Source: Callorhinchus milii (taxonomy: Eukaryota). From it: a stretch of 64,000 nt of DNA. Location: positions 46,438,001-46,502,000 of the forward strand of contig NW_024704745.1 in the NCBI RefSeq assembly GCF_018977255.1. Direction: 5' to 3'. The notes under the pieces were generated by a model. It was not told the DNA's origin and searched no databases. It was given only the letters and a program-made list of their open reading frames with translations. Below are positions 14,505-26,909 of the stretch, piece after piece; within the stretch, counting starts at the first letter, position 1; each line of letters begins with the position of its first letter. The position numbers and the translations under genes were made by a program.

Positions 14505-15800
14505 AGAGTCACAAGCACAGTGGCGAAATTTGCAGATGAAGGTGGTAGACTGCAAAGATGAACAGGATAGGTTACAGGAGGACTTGAACATTCTTGGGAA
14601 TTGGGCAGATCAATGGAGATGAAATTTAATGTAGAGAAATGCAAAGTGCTTCACATGGTGACACAAAATCCAGGAAGAGACTAATAATTAAATGGTAAGA
14701 AAATAATCTGTATGGAAAATGAAAAGGATCCAGAGATCCTGATTGATAATAAATTGAAGCTTTTGCAACAGTGCTCGGTAGCAGTGAATAAGGCAAACCA
14801 GATGCTGGGCAATATTGAGCCAAAATAGTGGGGTAGTTCTGCATAAATCACTGGTCCAACCACACTTGGAATATTGTGTGCAATTCTGGTCACTGCAATA
14901 TAAATAGGATACAGTCCTGCAGCTTAATGGTGAGAGCACTCACCTCACAAACGAGACGACCTGATTCCGGGCAGGACAAAATGTTGGGCAAGTTTCCTTA
15001 CTCCACACGCCTAGCAATAAGCAGGAACCCAGTTGTTAGGCGACTGGCAGATTGCTTTTTCGGGGGCAGTAATCCCTTCAATAAAAATATATCATTTTTT
15101 AAAAATAATAATAACAATTATTATAAAAAACACTCAATCTTTGACTGTTTGTGGGACACAGCTGTGCGCAATTGGCTGCCGCATTTCGGCCACAAAATAC
15201 GCAGTCAATTCATTCCACAATTTATATTTATAACGCTTTATATTCTGTAAAGCGTTTTGAGATGTTTCAAAGATGTGATAAGGCGCAATTTCAAAATGCA
15301 AGGATTATTATTATTATACAGAGGTGAGCAACCAAAATAATTGAGGGGATGGAGCGTGTGGACAATGTGGAGCAGTTAGATAATGTTCACACAGGAGAAA
15401 AGAAGGTTGAGGGGTGTTATGATTATGGTCTTTAAGATTCTGAAGGGAATAGATAATGTAAATCCTAATAAGCTGTTTTATCTTGTACTGAACAGTAGAA
15501 TCAGAGGACACGGCCTGCGATTGAATGGGGGTAAATTGAGAACAAATCTGCAGAAATACTACTTCAGTGAGCGAGTAGTAAACTTCTGAAATAGGCTCCT
15601 TAGGAAGACAGTGGAAGCAGAAAATCTTGTTTGTTTCAAGAACAAATTAGATAGATGTCTGCTAGAAAATAATATCTCAGGATACAGTATATAGTTTGGG
15701 CCACGGTGTGTCAAGCAACTGCAACAATGGTGGTAGGCGAACTAGATGGACCTTGGTATTCGTTCACCTGGCAAATTCTTATTTGCTTATGTTCTTATAT
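14505..15800 (+). mobile_element. CR1 LINE 3' portion interrupted by a SINE
   Basis: RLQEDLNILGNWADQW and EKRRLRGVMIMVFKILKG...RGHGLRL...FSERVVN, followed by a CR1 3' UTR. Confidence 0.9.
14913..15315 (+). mobile_element. tRNA-derived SINE, long-module subfamily, inserted in CR1
   Basis: tRNA-like head, gggcaagtttccttactccacac, Deu-like core, L2-type tail with (TTA)n; ATACAG at both junctions. Confidence 0.85.
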
Positions 15801-17834
15801 GGCATTGCAAGAGTTTAGATTAAATTCCAGCCACAGAGCAAACCACTTTTTCCTACTTTACCTTTGCCAACTACCAAGCCAGTTACTTAGCAACTGCCAG
15901 CTATGTAATGAAAGGTCATACACTGTTGCATTGACAAGAAAGTGAGGAAGTCGCTAAGCCGTCATTATGTAATTATTTAACATCAACTGGAGGCCTTGCT
16001 GGAGCAACAATGTCTACACCACGAACAAACAAAACCCTCCTACATTTTACATTTGATTAAAAGCCAGCTCCTTTAAAGCCAATGAAATTAAACTTCCGAT
16101 AACATTTATTTTTCAACAGTTCCACCACTTGCAGGCCAAGAGGCACCCAGCACTGCAAGCTGATCCATCTTTTTTGACATCCTTCACTCAAATTGCCCAT
16201 GACTGCATGCAATTCAAAATGTTGGAATTGTCGCATTGCTTTGGAATGTTTGTAGGAATGTCCGCTTTGTGGAGGACAGTTAGTTGAACATTTTAATTTC
16301 AAGTTTAGCAGGCTCTCTCACTCAAAAAATAAGCTCTCAGAGCCACAACTTTTTTATGCTCCTTTTCATGAAGTACGGTTCACACGGAACTCAGCTCCAC
16401 GTAGAACACACCACGCAAAGATAATCTGCAGGCTGCACTCAGTGCTAAATATAACTGTACCATAATTTTGAACCACTGATCAGAAAGCTTCTTAAGGTCC
16501 CCCCTCTCCCCCCCCCACACACATACCCCCATCATACCCCACATCAGGAACACTTTTTGCTTATTGTATGCATATGCTTATTTCTTTGCTTTTTTTAAGT
16601 GCTCAAGAAGCCTTTCTAATAAATATATAGCTTTTTGGGAGCTATGGGATGTGCTCTTACTCCAATGGACATTCTCACCACTTGGTAAGATTGCATACTA
16701 TCAAACTGATGAAGATCACATATGATTAACATGGATATCTTGGTAGTTCTGAAGCAAAAGTTCCAAGCCTGGTTCACTTGGGAGGAGCATTCCAGTATTA
16801 CACCTATAAACTCTAAGGTTTTTATTGTTTACCACATTTCACTCAACATGATAATATTTGTGGTATTCCTTTCTTAATCAACACAAGGAATGATCTGGTT
16901 AAGAAATTCTGCAACTTTCTGTTTCTTAATTAGTCCCACCCTTGCTATTGTGTATATATGAAAGAACATAATTTACATTACAATGCTGTGTATCCACATG
17001 CTTACTCTGCATGACAACTTATCCACATCGGAATGCAAAATTAGAGGGAGTGAAAGAAGGGCTGACACAATATGGTACAGTTCTATAGTGACAGCATAGC
17101 TGATGGAATGATGTTTTAGTGAGCTATGACAATTGTTTTTGTGCTATGACCAATAATCGGCACTGTTTCCACATCTTCAATGGGCCCAATTAGTCCATAT
17201 AGCCAGATCTCCACTGCAAGTGACAAATTGTTTCTGACAAATTATTTCCTGAGGTGTAACTCCAAATACTCTCCTCTTTTGCTCATCACCGGTTACCAAA
17301 GTCATTTTCTGCAATGCACAACTGGAGCACCATTTTCATGTGCTGTTTTCAAATTAACAGCTTGCTTAAGCAATTTGAAGCACCACTATTTTTTTTATTA
17401 CTATTACTCCCCCATTGGCTCAAATTTCAGTGTTAGGTTTAACACTTACAAAGTTCCAATTAACACTGAGTGAAATAACAGACATAACATGGTTGGCGCT
17501 ATGAAAAGCACAAGTTATACATACAATACACTTAGTACAAGCATTTGATGTGCAGCAAAATCTCACCCTGAGATCTATCTATTACAACTCAAGCACACCC
17601 TTCAAAAAAACCTGCGTTGTCTTCAAATTTGTGAAATTGGTTTCAAGCGTTTGTCAGAAATCATACCAAGGATATTATTAAGACATTTTATTAGCAAATT
17701 AAAACAACACAAGCATAAGCATCACATTACACCCAACGCATTATCATTACTTGTCGTTCTTAAATGACTACTAAAGCACTATCTTAACAAGATACACTCA
17801 ATGCTAAAATTCTAAACATATATTTAAAAAATGA

Positions 17835-18710
17835 TGTGATATATGAAATGTGCCTAAATAATCTCTAACTGTTTTGTATGTATGTTGGGTGTGTGTTTTA
17901 GTAAGTAGGAGAGATACTACAAGCAGGCAGGAATCATGACGAAGTTCTAAGGCTGGCACAAAAGTTAAACACTGTCTCTGGCTTGCTGCTGACTGCAAAC
18001 ATCTCTGGCTTGCTTCTAGCTGCATACGTCTCTTGGTGGTCCACTCTGGCAAGGGCTGAACTTGTCCTCTTTGCGGTCCACTCCAGCGAGAGCTGGGCTT
18101 GTCCTCTTTCCCTCAAAGGTACTCTTCTTCCTCACTGTAGAGGTTCGTTCCCTTCCTCTCCTCAGAGGCTCCGCAGAGGCTCCTCAGAAGCTCTTCTGGG
18201 GCTCCTCCCAAAGCTCTTCTACAAACTAGTTTTGGCTATCGATTTTTATACCCCTTTTCACCAGCCATCTGTATTCTAACTCTTTTCCCCAAGACTTCTT
18301 TCTCACTCTCTGCACTTTCCCAGGCATTTTTTCCCTATCTTCAAGTTGTTTCTCCTTGTACCAGCTAGTAGTATCTTCTGCAAAAGAACAATACTCCTCT
18401 TATTTCATCTCATCTCGCCTGACCAAACCACCTGACTCTATGTCCCTGAAGTTTCAGTCCTTCTTTCTAACTCTGTCCATATGACCTGCTCACTTTAAGT
18501 TTTTTCTCAGTTTTAGTTACTAGTTTGTATCCCATCCATTCTCCTGGTCCAATTATCCCGGGTTCCTATCTCTCCTGCCCATAGGTCGCATGCGCAGATG
18601 GCCATCCTCTAGATCCAGCTGTCCTTATCTTCCCTGGCCATGGGTCACATTCCAGTGTACTCCTCCTAGCTCGGTGCCTCTTTACTAGGACTGTGTATGT
18701 GTGTGTCACA
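17835..18710 (-). mobile_element. Solo-LTR-like segment
   Basis: TGTGA...TCACA termini, TATA-like gggtataaaaa on the minus strand, internal 27- and 35-bp tandem duplications, GC-richer than the flanks. No matching TSD found. Confidence 0.4.
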
Positions 18711-18919
18711 TGGCAGTTTTTATTTCTTTAATTCATTCTGCTTAATTCATCTGTTCACTGCATGATCAATACTAATGATTCTTATACTATAATCCCAGCT
18801 GTTTGCATAATGGCATGTGACTGAAGCTGACAAATTTAACCCAAAGATGACTGGCTACTCAAAGCAATTCCAGCTCTGAGCAAGCCAGATGTTTTATAAA
18901 AGAAAGCTTATAGATTGCA

Positions 18920-19345
18920 AATCAGAAAACTGAAAGAAATCCTACTCTCAAGCTCCAAGTCAGGACACTGAGCTCAAAATCTAAGCTGACATTCTGATCA
19001 GTGCTGGGGGAGCATTGCATTGTTGGATGTGCTGTCCTTTGGAATGAGACATCAAACCGAGATGCAGTCTCCCTGTTCATTTGGATGTTCAAGATGCCAT
19101 ATTCAAAAAGAGAAAAGTTTCTCCTGGTGTCCTCGCCAACAATCATTCAGATATAAATAGCTATTAACTTTATGTTGTGGGGCACTGGTACGTGTAAATA
19201 GGCTACCATATTACCTTGAAAATACACAGCTACCATGCCATGCAATAAATCCTGTGAAAGTCACTGGAACATTCTGATGATGTGATAAAAGCTATGGCAA
19301 GAATTAAAGATACTCAGACTTCAAGAACATCATTATTATTGTTAA
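18920..19345 (+). mobile_element. Older long Deu-domain SINE
   Basis: Similar to 12028-12438 and 23125-23530 (tttctcctggtgtcctcgcc core). Confidence 0.65.
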
Positions 19346-19901
19346 TATTGGGAGTAAATTTGTACATTCATAAGTGTTTTTTGCAGTAATTATTGCCATA
19401 TGCTAAGCATCAGTCCATCAGATGAGACCAAGGTCCCAGGGCACTCTTTGAAAAGAGAAAAGAGTTTCTCCTGGTGCCCTGGACACACTTCCCAATAAAA
19501 TTGGTCATTCACTTCATGGCCGTTTGTGATGTTTGCCGAAAAATACATAATCACTGCTCTTCACAGTAAAATCCTGTGAAGGTCTTTGAGACATTTTGAT
19601 GATCTGACAGGGACCTGTATCAAATGGAAATGGACACTTATTTGATGGTGGCTGCTGATTGTCCATAAGGACAGGATTTGCAATTGGTTTGATGTTTAAC
19701 ACTAAATAACCACTAGGTGGTAGCAAACCTATCTCAAAGAGTGGTTCAGCCCACCAGCTTCTTTCTCAGATGATCAGCCGACATTTTGAGAATATTTAGA
19801 TTAAAGTCTATTGCAATATTTTGTTTGATATATATTTGATGAAGAAAGGCAAATTTTCTAGAAGTTAAATATTAGACAAAAGAATTAAACTGTACAGGAC
19901 T

Positions 19902-20229
19902 GGAGTCCTGTAGCTCAGTGGTTAGAGCACTCACTTTGCAAGCGAGAGACCTGAGTTCAATTCCAGGCAGAGGGCGAAACCTTGGGCAAGTTTCCTTACT
20001 CCACACAGAGCCTAATAATAATCCCTCCAAAACAAAAAACAATAATAAATTGGTCATTTTCAATCTACGACTGTTTGTGGGACATTGCTGTGCGCAATTG
20101 GCTGCCGCGTTCGCACACAAATATACAGTCAATTCACTTTACAGTGTGTTCTGTGAAGCGCTTTGGGACGTCCTCCCGACGTGAAAAGCGCTATATCAAA
20201 TGCAAGGATTATTATTATTATTATTATTA
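19902..20229 (+). mobile_element. Young tRNA(Ala/TGC-like)-derived SINE, full length
   Basis: GGAGTCCTGTAGCTCAGTGGTTAGAGC A-box/D-arm, TTTGCAA loop, GAGTTCAATTCC B-box, Deu-like core, L2 tail, (TTA)n. Confidence 0.92.
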
Positions 20230-20296
20230 AACTAAACCATGCTCCAGTGGCTAAAATATAATCTAAAAAAATGACTACTTATTGTTAGATAAGCAG

Positions 20297-20404
20297 AGGC
20301 ATGTGGAGTAAGGAAACTTGCTTAATGTTTTGCCTTGCCGGGAATAGAACCCAGGGCCTCTTATTTGTGAGGCGAGTGCTCTAACCAACATGCTACAGAT
20401 CTCC
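20297..20404 (-). mobile_element. SINE head fragment (CAC-loop subfamily)
   Basis: Reverse complement of the SINE 5' region, with CTCACAA loop. Confidence 0.7.
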
Positions 20405-20744
20405 ACCATAATATATATAATGCTGTACACTTAAAATGTCAAAAATTTCATCCCATTATTCCTAGACTATACAAATAAACATATAAAAATTATAGGTAAA
20501 TGATACAAAAGCAATACTACCTACTGATGGGAAAGGAACAACAGCCATTTGAGTTACAGAATAATAATAATAATAATCCTTGCATTTGATAATAGCGCCT
20601 TTCACGTCATTGAGGCATCTCAAGGCACTTCCAGAAGATCCTCTAAAGTGAATTGACTGTATAATTTGTGGCCAAAAGATTAAACAAAACTTGTAGCAAA
20701 CAAAATTTAAACTGTTTCGCTCACCTCAGGATTGAGCAATGAGT

Positions 20745-21260
20745 CTATCATACATGCTATCACAAGATCACAAGATTGGTTTGGCTAGGAAAGACCTTTG
20801 GGCCGTTGATCTCATCCTTTCAGATTATTTCTCCTACAGTCCCGCCTTCACAGAATGAAGTTATTTTTAAAATGAGTCCAGTGTCCTGGCATCAACCATT
20901 CTGGCAACCTGTTTCAATCGTCAATTACCTTCCTAATCTTCCTGGTACAGTGTCTACAAGGATTATAGTATCTGTCCTGAAAACGTCCTTTGCAATTCTA
21001 AACCTATATCCTTTTGCGTTACACCCTTGGTGCATTTTAAGATATTCAATTCTATTAAGAATTTTATGCACTTTTATGAGATTCCTTCTGAAGCGACTTC
21101 TCTCAAGATTGGAGAGCCCTAGTTTGTCTAATCCAACACGAGGGATCATACTAATTGTTCTCCTCTGCACTTACTCTAGGGCCCGGGTGGTGGCCTCATG
21201 GCACCTTGACCAGAATTGTACACCTTCAACTGTCCTGACAATTTGCATATTACAAGGTTG
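20745..21260 (-). mobile_element. CR1 LINE 3' fragment
   Basis: Minus ORF QRRTISMI...LGLSNLERSRFRRNLIKVHKIL resembles the CR1 ORF2 C-terminus. Confidence 0.82.
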
Positions 21261-23124
21261 AAAGTTAGAGCCATGTAAATATCGAAAATGTTGATTGTAT
21301 TCAAAACAATCGACAAAAAACTGACATTAAATATAATCTACTCAATGGGAATCAACTCGGATATGGAGGGAGGGGAGAGGAGAGAGTAGAGCACAGATAC
21401 TTTCAATCAACTATCGTAAGGTGTTGACTGAACTCTTTTGACTTAATTGTAAACAGTGTATAACAGTTTGTAACTAGACAGAAATTCTAATTGTTTCCTG
21501 ACAGCTGAAGGTTTTGGTAACAAGCTCACTCTATCCAAAATGGTACCTGGTTTCACAAACAGTATCCGAAGCTTAGCCTATTAACAAAACATCAAAGGAG
21601 CAGTTTCAAGCAATGCAGACCAATCCGTCTAGTTACAAACAGTCTTCGTTTCACTAAAAATAAGAATTCAGTCTATATCTTAACATTCTTGAGTAAAGAT
21701 ATCCGAGGCAGTGGCTGGTTACTAATGAGAAGACTGCATTTGCATATGACTCTTTGTCAATTGCTTTAAATACAGTCAACATTTGTTTATATGTACAAGT
21801 TCTGGCTTACAATATCCAAATTGCCAGATCAATTGAAGCTAGATCTGATGGTCTAGTTTACATTTATTTTATATTCCAGAAACCGAAGGTTGAGTTTGTT
21901 ATCAATTGGCAACATTGTGAGTTTCCATGCTGCCTGACGGTCTCTGACAGTTTGGGAATAAGCCCACTCTATTCCAAATTACCTCTGGTTTCACAAATAC
22001 ATTATCTGAAACCTCATTCCTACTTCAGCAACAACTTACATTTATATTTTGCCCTTCATACAGAATAGCACCTCAGAGCACTGCAGTTACTGTTGTGTAG
22101 TTAAAAGGAATGATATTTCAAACAATGCAATGAAAACATAAATAGAATTTCTGTCTATCTGAAAACAGTCACGTGCTGTTTACTCTTTACTTAAAACAGC
22201 TATGTAAAACATTTCTATTTACTTCAGCCTTCTTTGTCCCAAGTATTCCCTTTTAGCACAAGAGCAAAAGATGAATATTTGATGTGGTTAGAAGCTGAAC
22301 AAATTAAAATCAAAGGAATTGATGATGAGAACAAATTGGTTATATTTCTGAAATCTACATCCTGTGGTATTATAGTGTCAGCCCTTCACTAAAAGGCAGT
22401 ACATGTTTACACAAACTGTAGCCTAGCCCCGAATGTAATGGATAAACCTAAAATATCAATCCAATTGCATTTAAAGTTTGCTGAATAAGAAACTGTAGGC
22501 TGCTGGTTCAAACCCGGCCAATTTATAGTTGAATTCAGGTCTAACTTTGAAGCTTGTTTACTGCAATTCTTGAAAGAAATAGCCAACTTCAAAACCAGCT
22601 TCAAAATTTAAGACTGCATTTAAAATTCTGACAAATTCTGTATGCCCTGAAATACTTTGCTAATGGAGTAAATCTGGTCCCAGGATCTAGAATTTCTACC
22701 CACAGGTTTTCAACCAATTTTTATTGTTGGGAATACTGTATATAATTTACATTTTATTTTAACATCAGCAGCCTTCAGACGTACAACATTGGAGAACTCT
22801 GCATTGAATTCATTAAATGCTACAAACTTGTGTAGGTCGTGTTCTTGTAAATGTAAAGGTCACATATCTAGAACTTCCTCCCCACACTACCAATATGTAA
22901 CTTAACCAAAGCCATTCTATTCTGAGTGCAGGACACTAGAAATAGTTTGCAACTATTATCTCATAAGAATTTTTCTTTTTCATGTGACCACTGCTTCACC
23001 ATTACAGTTGATGATTTACAATCCTGATGACGTTTATGTCATTAGACTTTCTTATTGTAACATTCCTAGTGTGCAGGACATTGCAACACTACAAATGATT
23101 TCTGATTATTTGTTTAGCTTCTCA

Positions 23125-23710
23125 GGGAGATTCTCAAGCCAGTCTCAGATGGTAATACTCTTGCCTCTCAGTCTCTGGTTTTAGCTCAAGCCCATATTGT
23201 GACTCCAGTGCAGTTCTTTTGGAGGAGGTGCGGAGCTGCACTGTCGGAGGTGCCATTCTTTAGATGAGCCATCTTACTGAGATCCCATCTGCCTGTGCAG
23301 ATGGACATTAAAGAATCCATGGCACTATTTGAAAAGAGAAGGAAGTCTTTTCCTCTGTCCTAGTCAACAACACCCGATAAACTTCTTCATTCACTTCACA
23401 ACGGTGGGACATTCCTTCGCGCAAATTGGCTGTCATATTCACCTGCAAAATACACAGCCACCACACTTTTCAGTAAATCAAGTGGAGTGCTTTGTGATGT
23501 CCTCTCAAAAAAAAAGGTGCTATATCAAATTCTGGGAATAATAATCCCTCCAAAAAAATGTAATGCATGACTGTTTATGGGACACTGCTGTGCGCAATTG
23601 GCTGCCACGTTTTGTTCACAAAACATGCAGTCAATCCATTTACAGTACATCCTGTAAAGTGCTTTGAGATATATCAAATATATCAAATGCAACGATTATT
23701 ATTATTATTG
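23125..23710 (+). mobile_element. Older long Deu-SINE followed by a 5'-truncated young SINE
   Basis: Head cttgcctctcagtc, core ctgcactgtcggaggtgcc...gagatccc; the second copy restarts at ataataatccctcc (~23538). Confidence 0.7.
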
Positions 23711-24269
23711 TTCAAAAAAAGTATATCGTTCACATTCATCACAAAAGTTATTAACAATTATTGACCACAGATTTAGTATAGATAACTGTATTTACTGTAT
23801 TAAAACAGTTTTTAAAAAAATGTAATGCAACTGATGGAAAAAATATTCAGGCTAATTAAATCAACCGTATCATATCATGAAATTTATTGACTAGAAAGTG
23901 ACTGTAACATGGCTCTTCATTTACACAACTGTCTTAGTGTTGCTTAATCAATTATAGTAACAGCTGGCCCTTTAAGACTGTACAAGTGAAGCTTTTTATT
24001 TCTCAGAGTGACCCTGATACATAATCTTCAATCAGTTTTGTGGCAATTAGAGCAAAGACAAGATGAAGGCATTATTGTTGGTGACTTGCTGCTGCTGCTA
24101 TTGCTGTATATTTCACAAGTCATTTAGGCTAGTGAGGAAATCCAGGAAAACAAAAGCATATGAAGATATGAATCTAGACAAATAAAAACTGATACTAAAG
24201 TAAAAATGCACAAGGTCAGAATATTGTCAGATTACCGACCAGACAACCAAAGATTTTGGAAGAAAGTGA

Positions 24270-24475
24270 ATCATTTCATCAAACTTTCACATCGGGAGGA
24301 CATCCAAAGTGTTTCATAGAATATACTGTAAAGTGCAGTGACTGTGTGTTTTGTGTGTAAATACAGCAGCCAGTTTGTGCACAGCAACATCCCACAAACA
24401 TGCTTGAAATGAATCATCAATGTTATTTGGAGAATTGTTGGCCAGGACACTGAGAGAAACTCCCCTCTGCCCTTG
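24270..24475 (-). mobile_element. SINE 3' half
   Basis: Reverse complement of the Deu core and tail. Confidence 0.65.
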
Positions 24476-24479
24476 GCTC

Positions 24480-24990
24480 CCATCAGCACCTTCTGATCTC
24501 AGGCGCTGACAGCATCAGTATAAATGGATGATCTCTCCACCTCACCGAGCCAGTACATAGCCTTAGTGTTTTGTTCGACTTCCAACTGTCCTTTAAACCC
24601 CATGTCTGTTCCTCATTCCCCAGAGAATCGGGTTCAAGATCCTCATTCTCACTATTAAAGCCCTCCCTACATCTGCGACCTGACAAAATCTTACCAACCT
24701 TTCACTCCCTCCGCTCGGCCGGTGTTGGCCTGCTTCCAGTCCCCCGCCTTGCCCACCCAGTCAGGTTTTCAGCCTTTCTGCTCACCCTCTGGAACTCCAT
24801 TCCTGCAGAGTCCCTTTGCCTCACCTCTTCCCTGGCCCCCTGCAAAGTCCATCTCAAGACCTTCCTCTTTGACATTGCCTTCGACCATCCCCTTCTCCTC
24901 CACCTCTCTTGAATCCAACCCCCAGCTCAGATGCAAACCTTCAACTGTCCAGTGCATAGGGTCGTCCATCCGATGTGAAAGGTGTAACAT
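24480..24990 (+). mobile_element. L2 3' fragment with internal deletion
   Basis: Collinear with 25078-25901 but missing the central part. Confidence 0.8.
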
Positions 24991-25077
24991 AATTGTGATT
25001 CGGTGTTGCATTCTATATGTAATACCTTGCTCTGATAACTGGCAAATGAAGTTTCATACAGATAAGGCGTTGACAAC

Positions 25078-25901
25078 ATAGGCGCTGACAGCATCAGCAT
25101 CCAAGGCTGTACTCTCCACCTATCAAAGCCAATCAGGAACCTCAGTGTTCTGTTTGACCCTGAGCTGTCCTTTCTTCCCCACATCCGCGCCACAGCTGGC
25201 AATGCCTTCCACCACCTCCGGAACATTGCCAGACTACGGCACTACCTCACCCCTCACGCTGCTGAAACTCTGGTCCACGCCTTTATCACTTCAAGGCTGG
25301 ACTATGGGAACTCTCTCCTCGTCGGCCTTCCCGGCACCTCCCTCCACAAGCTGCAGGTCATTCAGAACTCTGCAGCTCGTGTACTGTCCCGCACCAGGCT
25401 TCGCGACCACATCACTCCCACCCTCGCTCGCCTCCACTGGCTCCCCATCCCCCAGAGGATCGAATTCAAGATCCTCATCCTCACCTACAAGGCCATTCAC
25501 GGCCTCGCTCCCTCCTACCTCTCCGAACTACTATCCCCCCACGTACCTGCCCGTACCCTCCATTTCTCTGGCTCCGGTCTGCTCCACATCCCCCGCCCTA
25601 ACCACCCTACCATCGGTGGCCGGGCCTTCAGCCTCTCAGCCCCCAGGCTCTGGAACTCCATCCCCCAGTGCCTTCGCCGCTCCTCCCTTTCCTCCTTCAA
25701 GGTGGGTCTCAAGACCTTTTTCTTCAACCGTGCCTTCAGCTCCCCTCTCGACTCTCTACCCCCTCATCGCTCCCTCCTTTCACTCCCCTCACCCTAACCA
25801 TTTCCCCCCTGCTCGGGTCCCGACCTAACTGTCCAGTGCCTTGGGACGTCCTTCCGACATGAAAGGCGCTCTATAAATGCAATCTTGTTGTTGTTGTTGT
25901 T
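25078..25901 (+). mobile_element. Young 5'-truncated L2 LINE with (TTG)n tail
   Basis: HLRNIARLR, SRLDYGNSLL and LHWLPIPQRIEFKIL in frame, intact tail. Confidence 0.93.
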
Positions 25902-26144
25902 GCATTTATCTATATGAAACTTCATTTGCCAGTTATCAGCCAATGATATATACCCTATCATAGACCACAGGCTTCCTTTGTCCTCCCCTTTGCTACCCAA
26001 AATAGCAGGACTTGCTCGCTTGTTGCAGTCCAGAGAAGACATAGGGGCCTGTGAGTTTTCTCACTATGTTTATGTGTGAAACCCTACAGTGTCCCACATT
26101 AGCAGCTTCCGCACTGCCAGTAACCAAAATTAGTTACAATATAT

Positions 26145-26441
26145 AATAATAATAATAATAATAATCCTTGCATTTGATATAGCGCTTTTCACGTCAGGAG
26201 GATGTCCCAAAGCGCTTCACAGAACACACTGTAAAGTGAATTGACTGTATATTTGTGGGCGAAAGCGGCAGCCAATTGCGCACAGCAATGTCCCACAAAC
26301 AGTCGTAGATTGAAAATGACCAATTTATTATTGTTTTTGCTTTGGAGGGATTATTATTAGGCGTGTGGAGTAAGGAAACTTGCCCAAGGTTTCGCCCTGC
26401 ATGGAATTGAACTCAGGTCTCTCGCTTGCAAAGCGAGTGCT
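26145..26441 (-). mobile_element. Young TGC-loop SINE, slightly 5'-truncated
   Basis: Near-identical reverse complement of 19902-20229. Confidence 0.9.
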
Positions 26442-26836
26442 CTAAGTAGTTTAGTTTGGAGATTCAGCATGGTGATGGGTTTTCATGTGTGTCAGAAACT
26501 TGGCTTTCCCCCAAATAATGAATCCATTCTCTCATTCAATCTGAAGCATGATGCAACTTCCCCTAATGTGTTGAGAAGGTTTCTCTCATGTGGGACAGGA
26601 AATCTACATCAGATATGAGGATTGAGATACTTATATACTTCAGAAGGCACCTCTGATTGAGCACAGTTCTCCTCAGCTTGAGTGGTATCTATTAATGAGA
26701 ATTTTAAAAGAGAGATACAACAACAACCTGCACTTACATAGCGCCCTCCATGCAGGGTAGGATCTCAGAGCGCTTAGAGATCCAACAAAATTCCTCAAAA
26801 TAAGGTTTTCAGTCAAGTAAAGCAGTGAATGTTGAA

Positions 26837-26909
26837 ATGGAGTCTTTGAAGGAAAGACTGTGGACAACTTTGCTCTTAACAACCATTCGCATTACTCTTC
26901 TACTCCCAG
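26837..26909 (+). CDS. CD200R1: CD200R-like exon 1, signal peptide MESLKERLWTTLLLTTIRITLLLP(G)
   Basis: ATG in gaaATGg context, hydrophobic core, strong donor CAG|GTAAGT, phase 1 joining exon 2 to give LLLPGVLA-TE (plausible cleavage site). Confidence 0.75.

Noticed and set aside
14302-14622. 106-aa ORF with an apparent signal peptide (MQGLLLLLLVV...)
   Set aside because: The hydrophobic start is a translated (TTA)n repeat tail and the C-terminus is CR1 RT.
16057-16479. Possible hAT transposase remnant (GCQKRWISL) with a TIR-like end ttttgaaccactg
   Set aside because: Only one terminus and a very weak motif; not enough support to call.
21241-21744. Two octamer motifs ATTTGCAT upstream of the CD200R-like gene
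   Set aside because: A few such 8-mers are expected by chance in 64 kb of AT-rich DNA, and there is no supporting context.
25145-25828. Long ORFs 25145-25828, 44662-45153, 51454-52107, 59653-60576 and similar as host genes
   Set aside because: All lie within L2 ORF2 or its alternative Pro/Ser-rich frames and are truncated or frameshifted.
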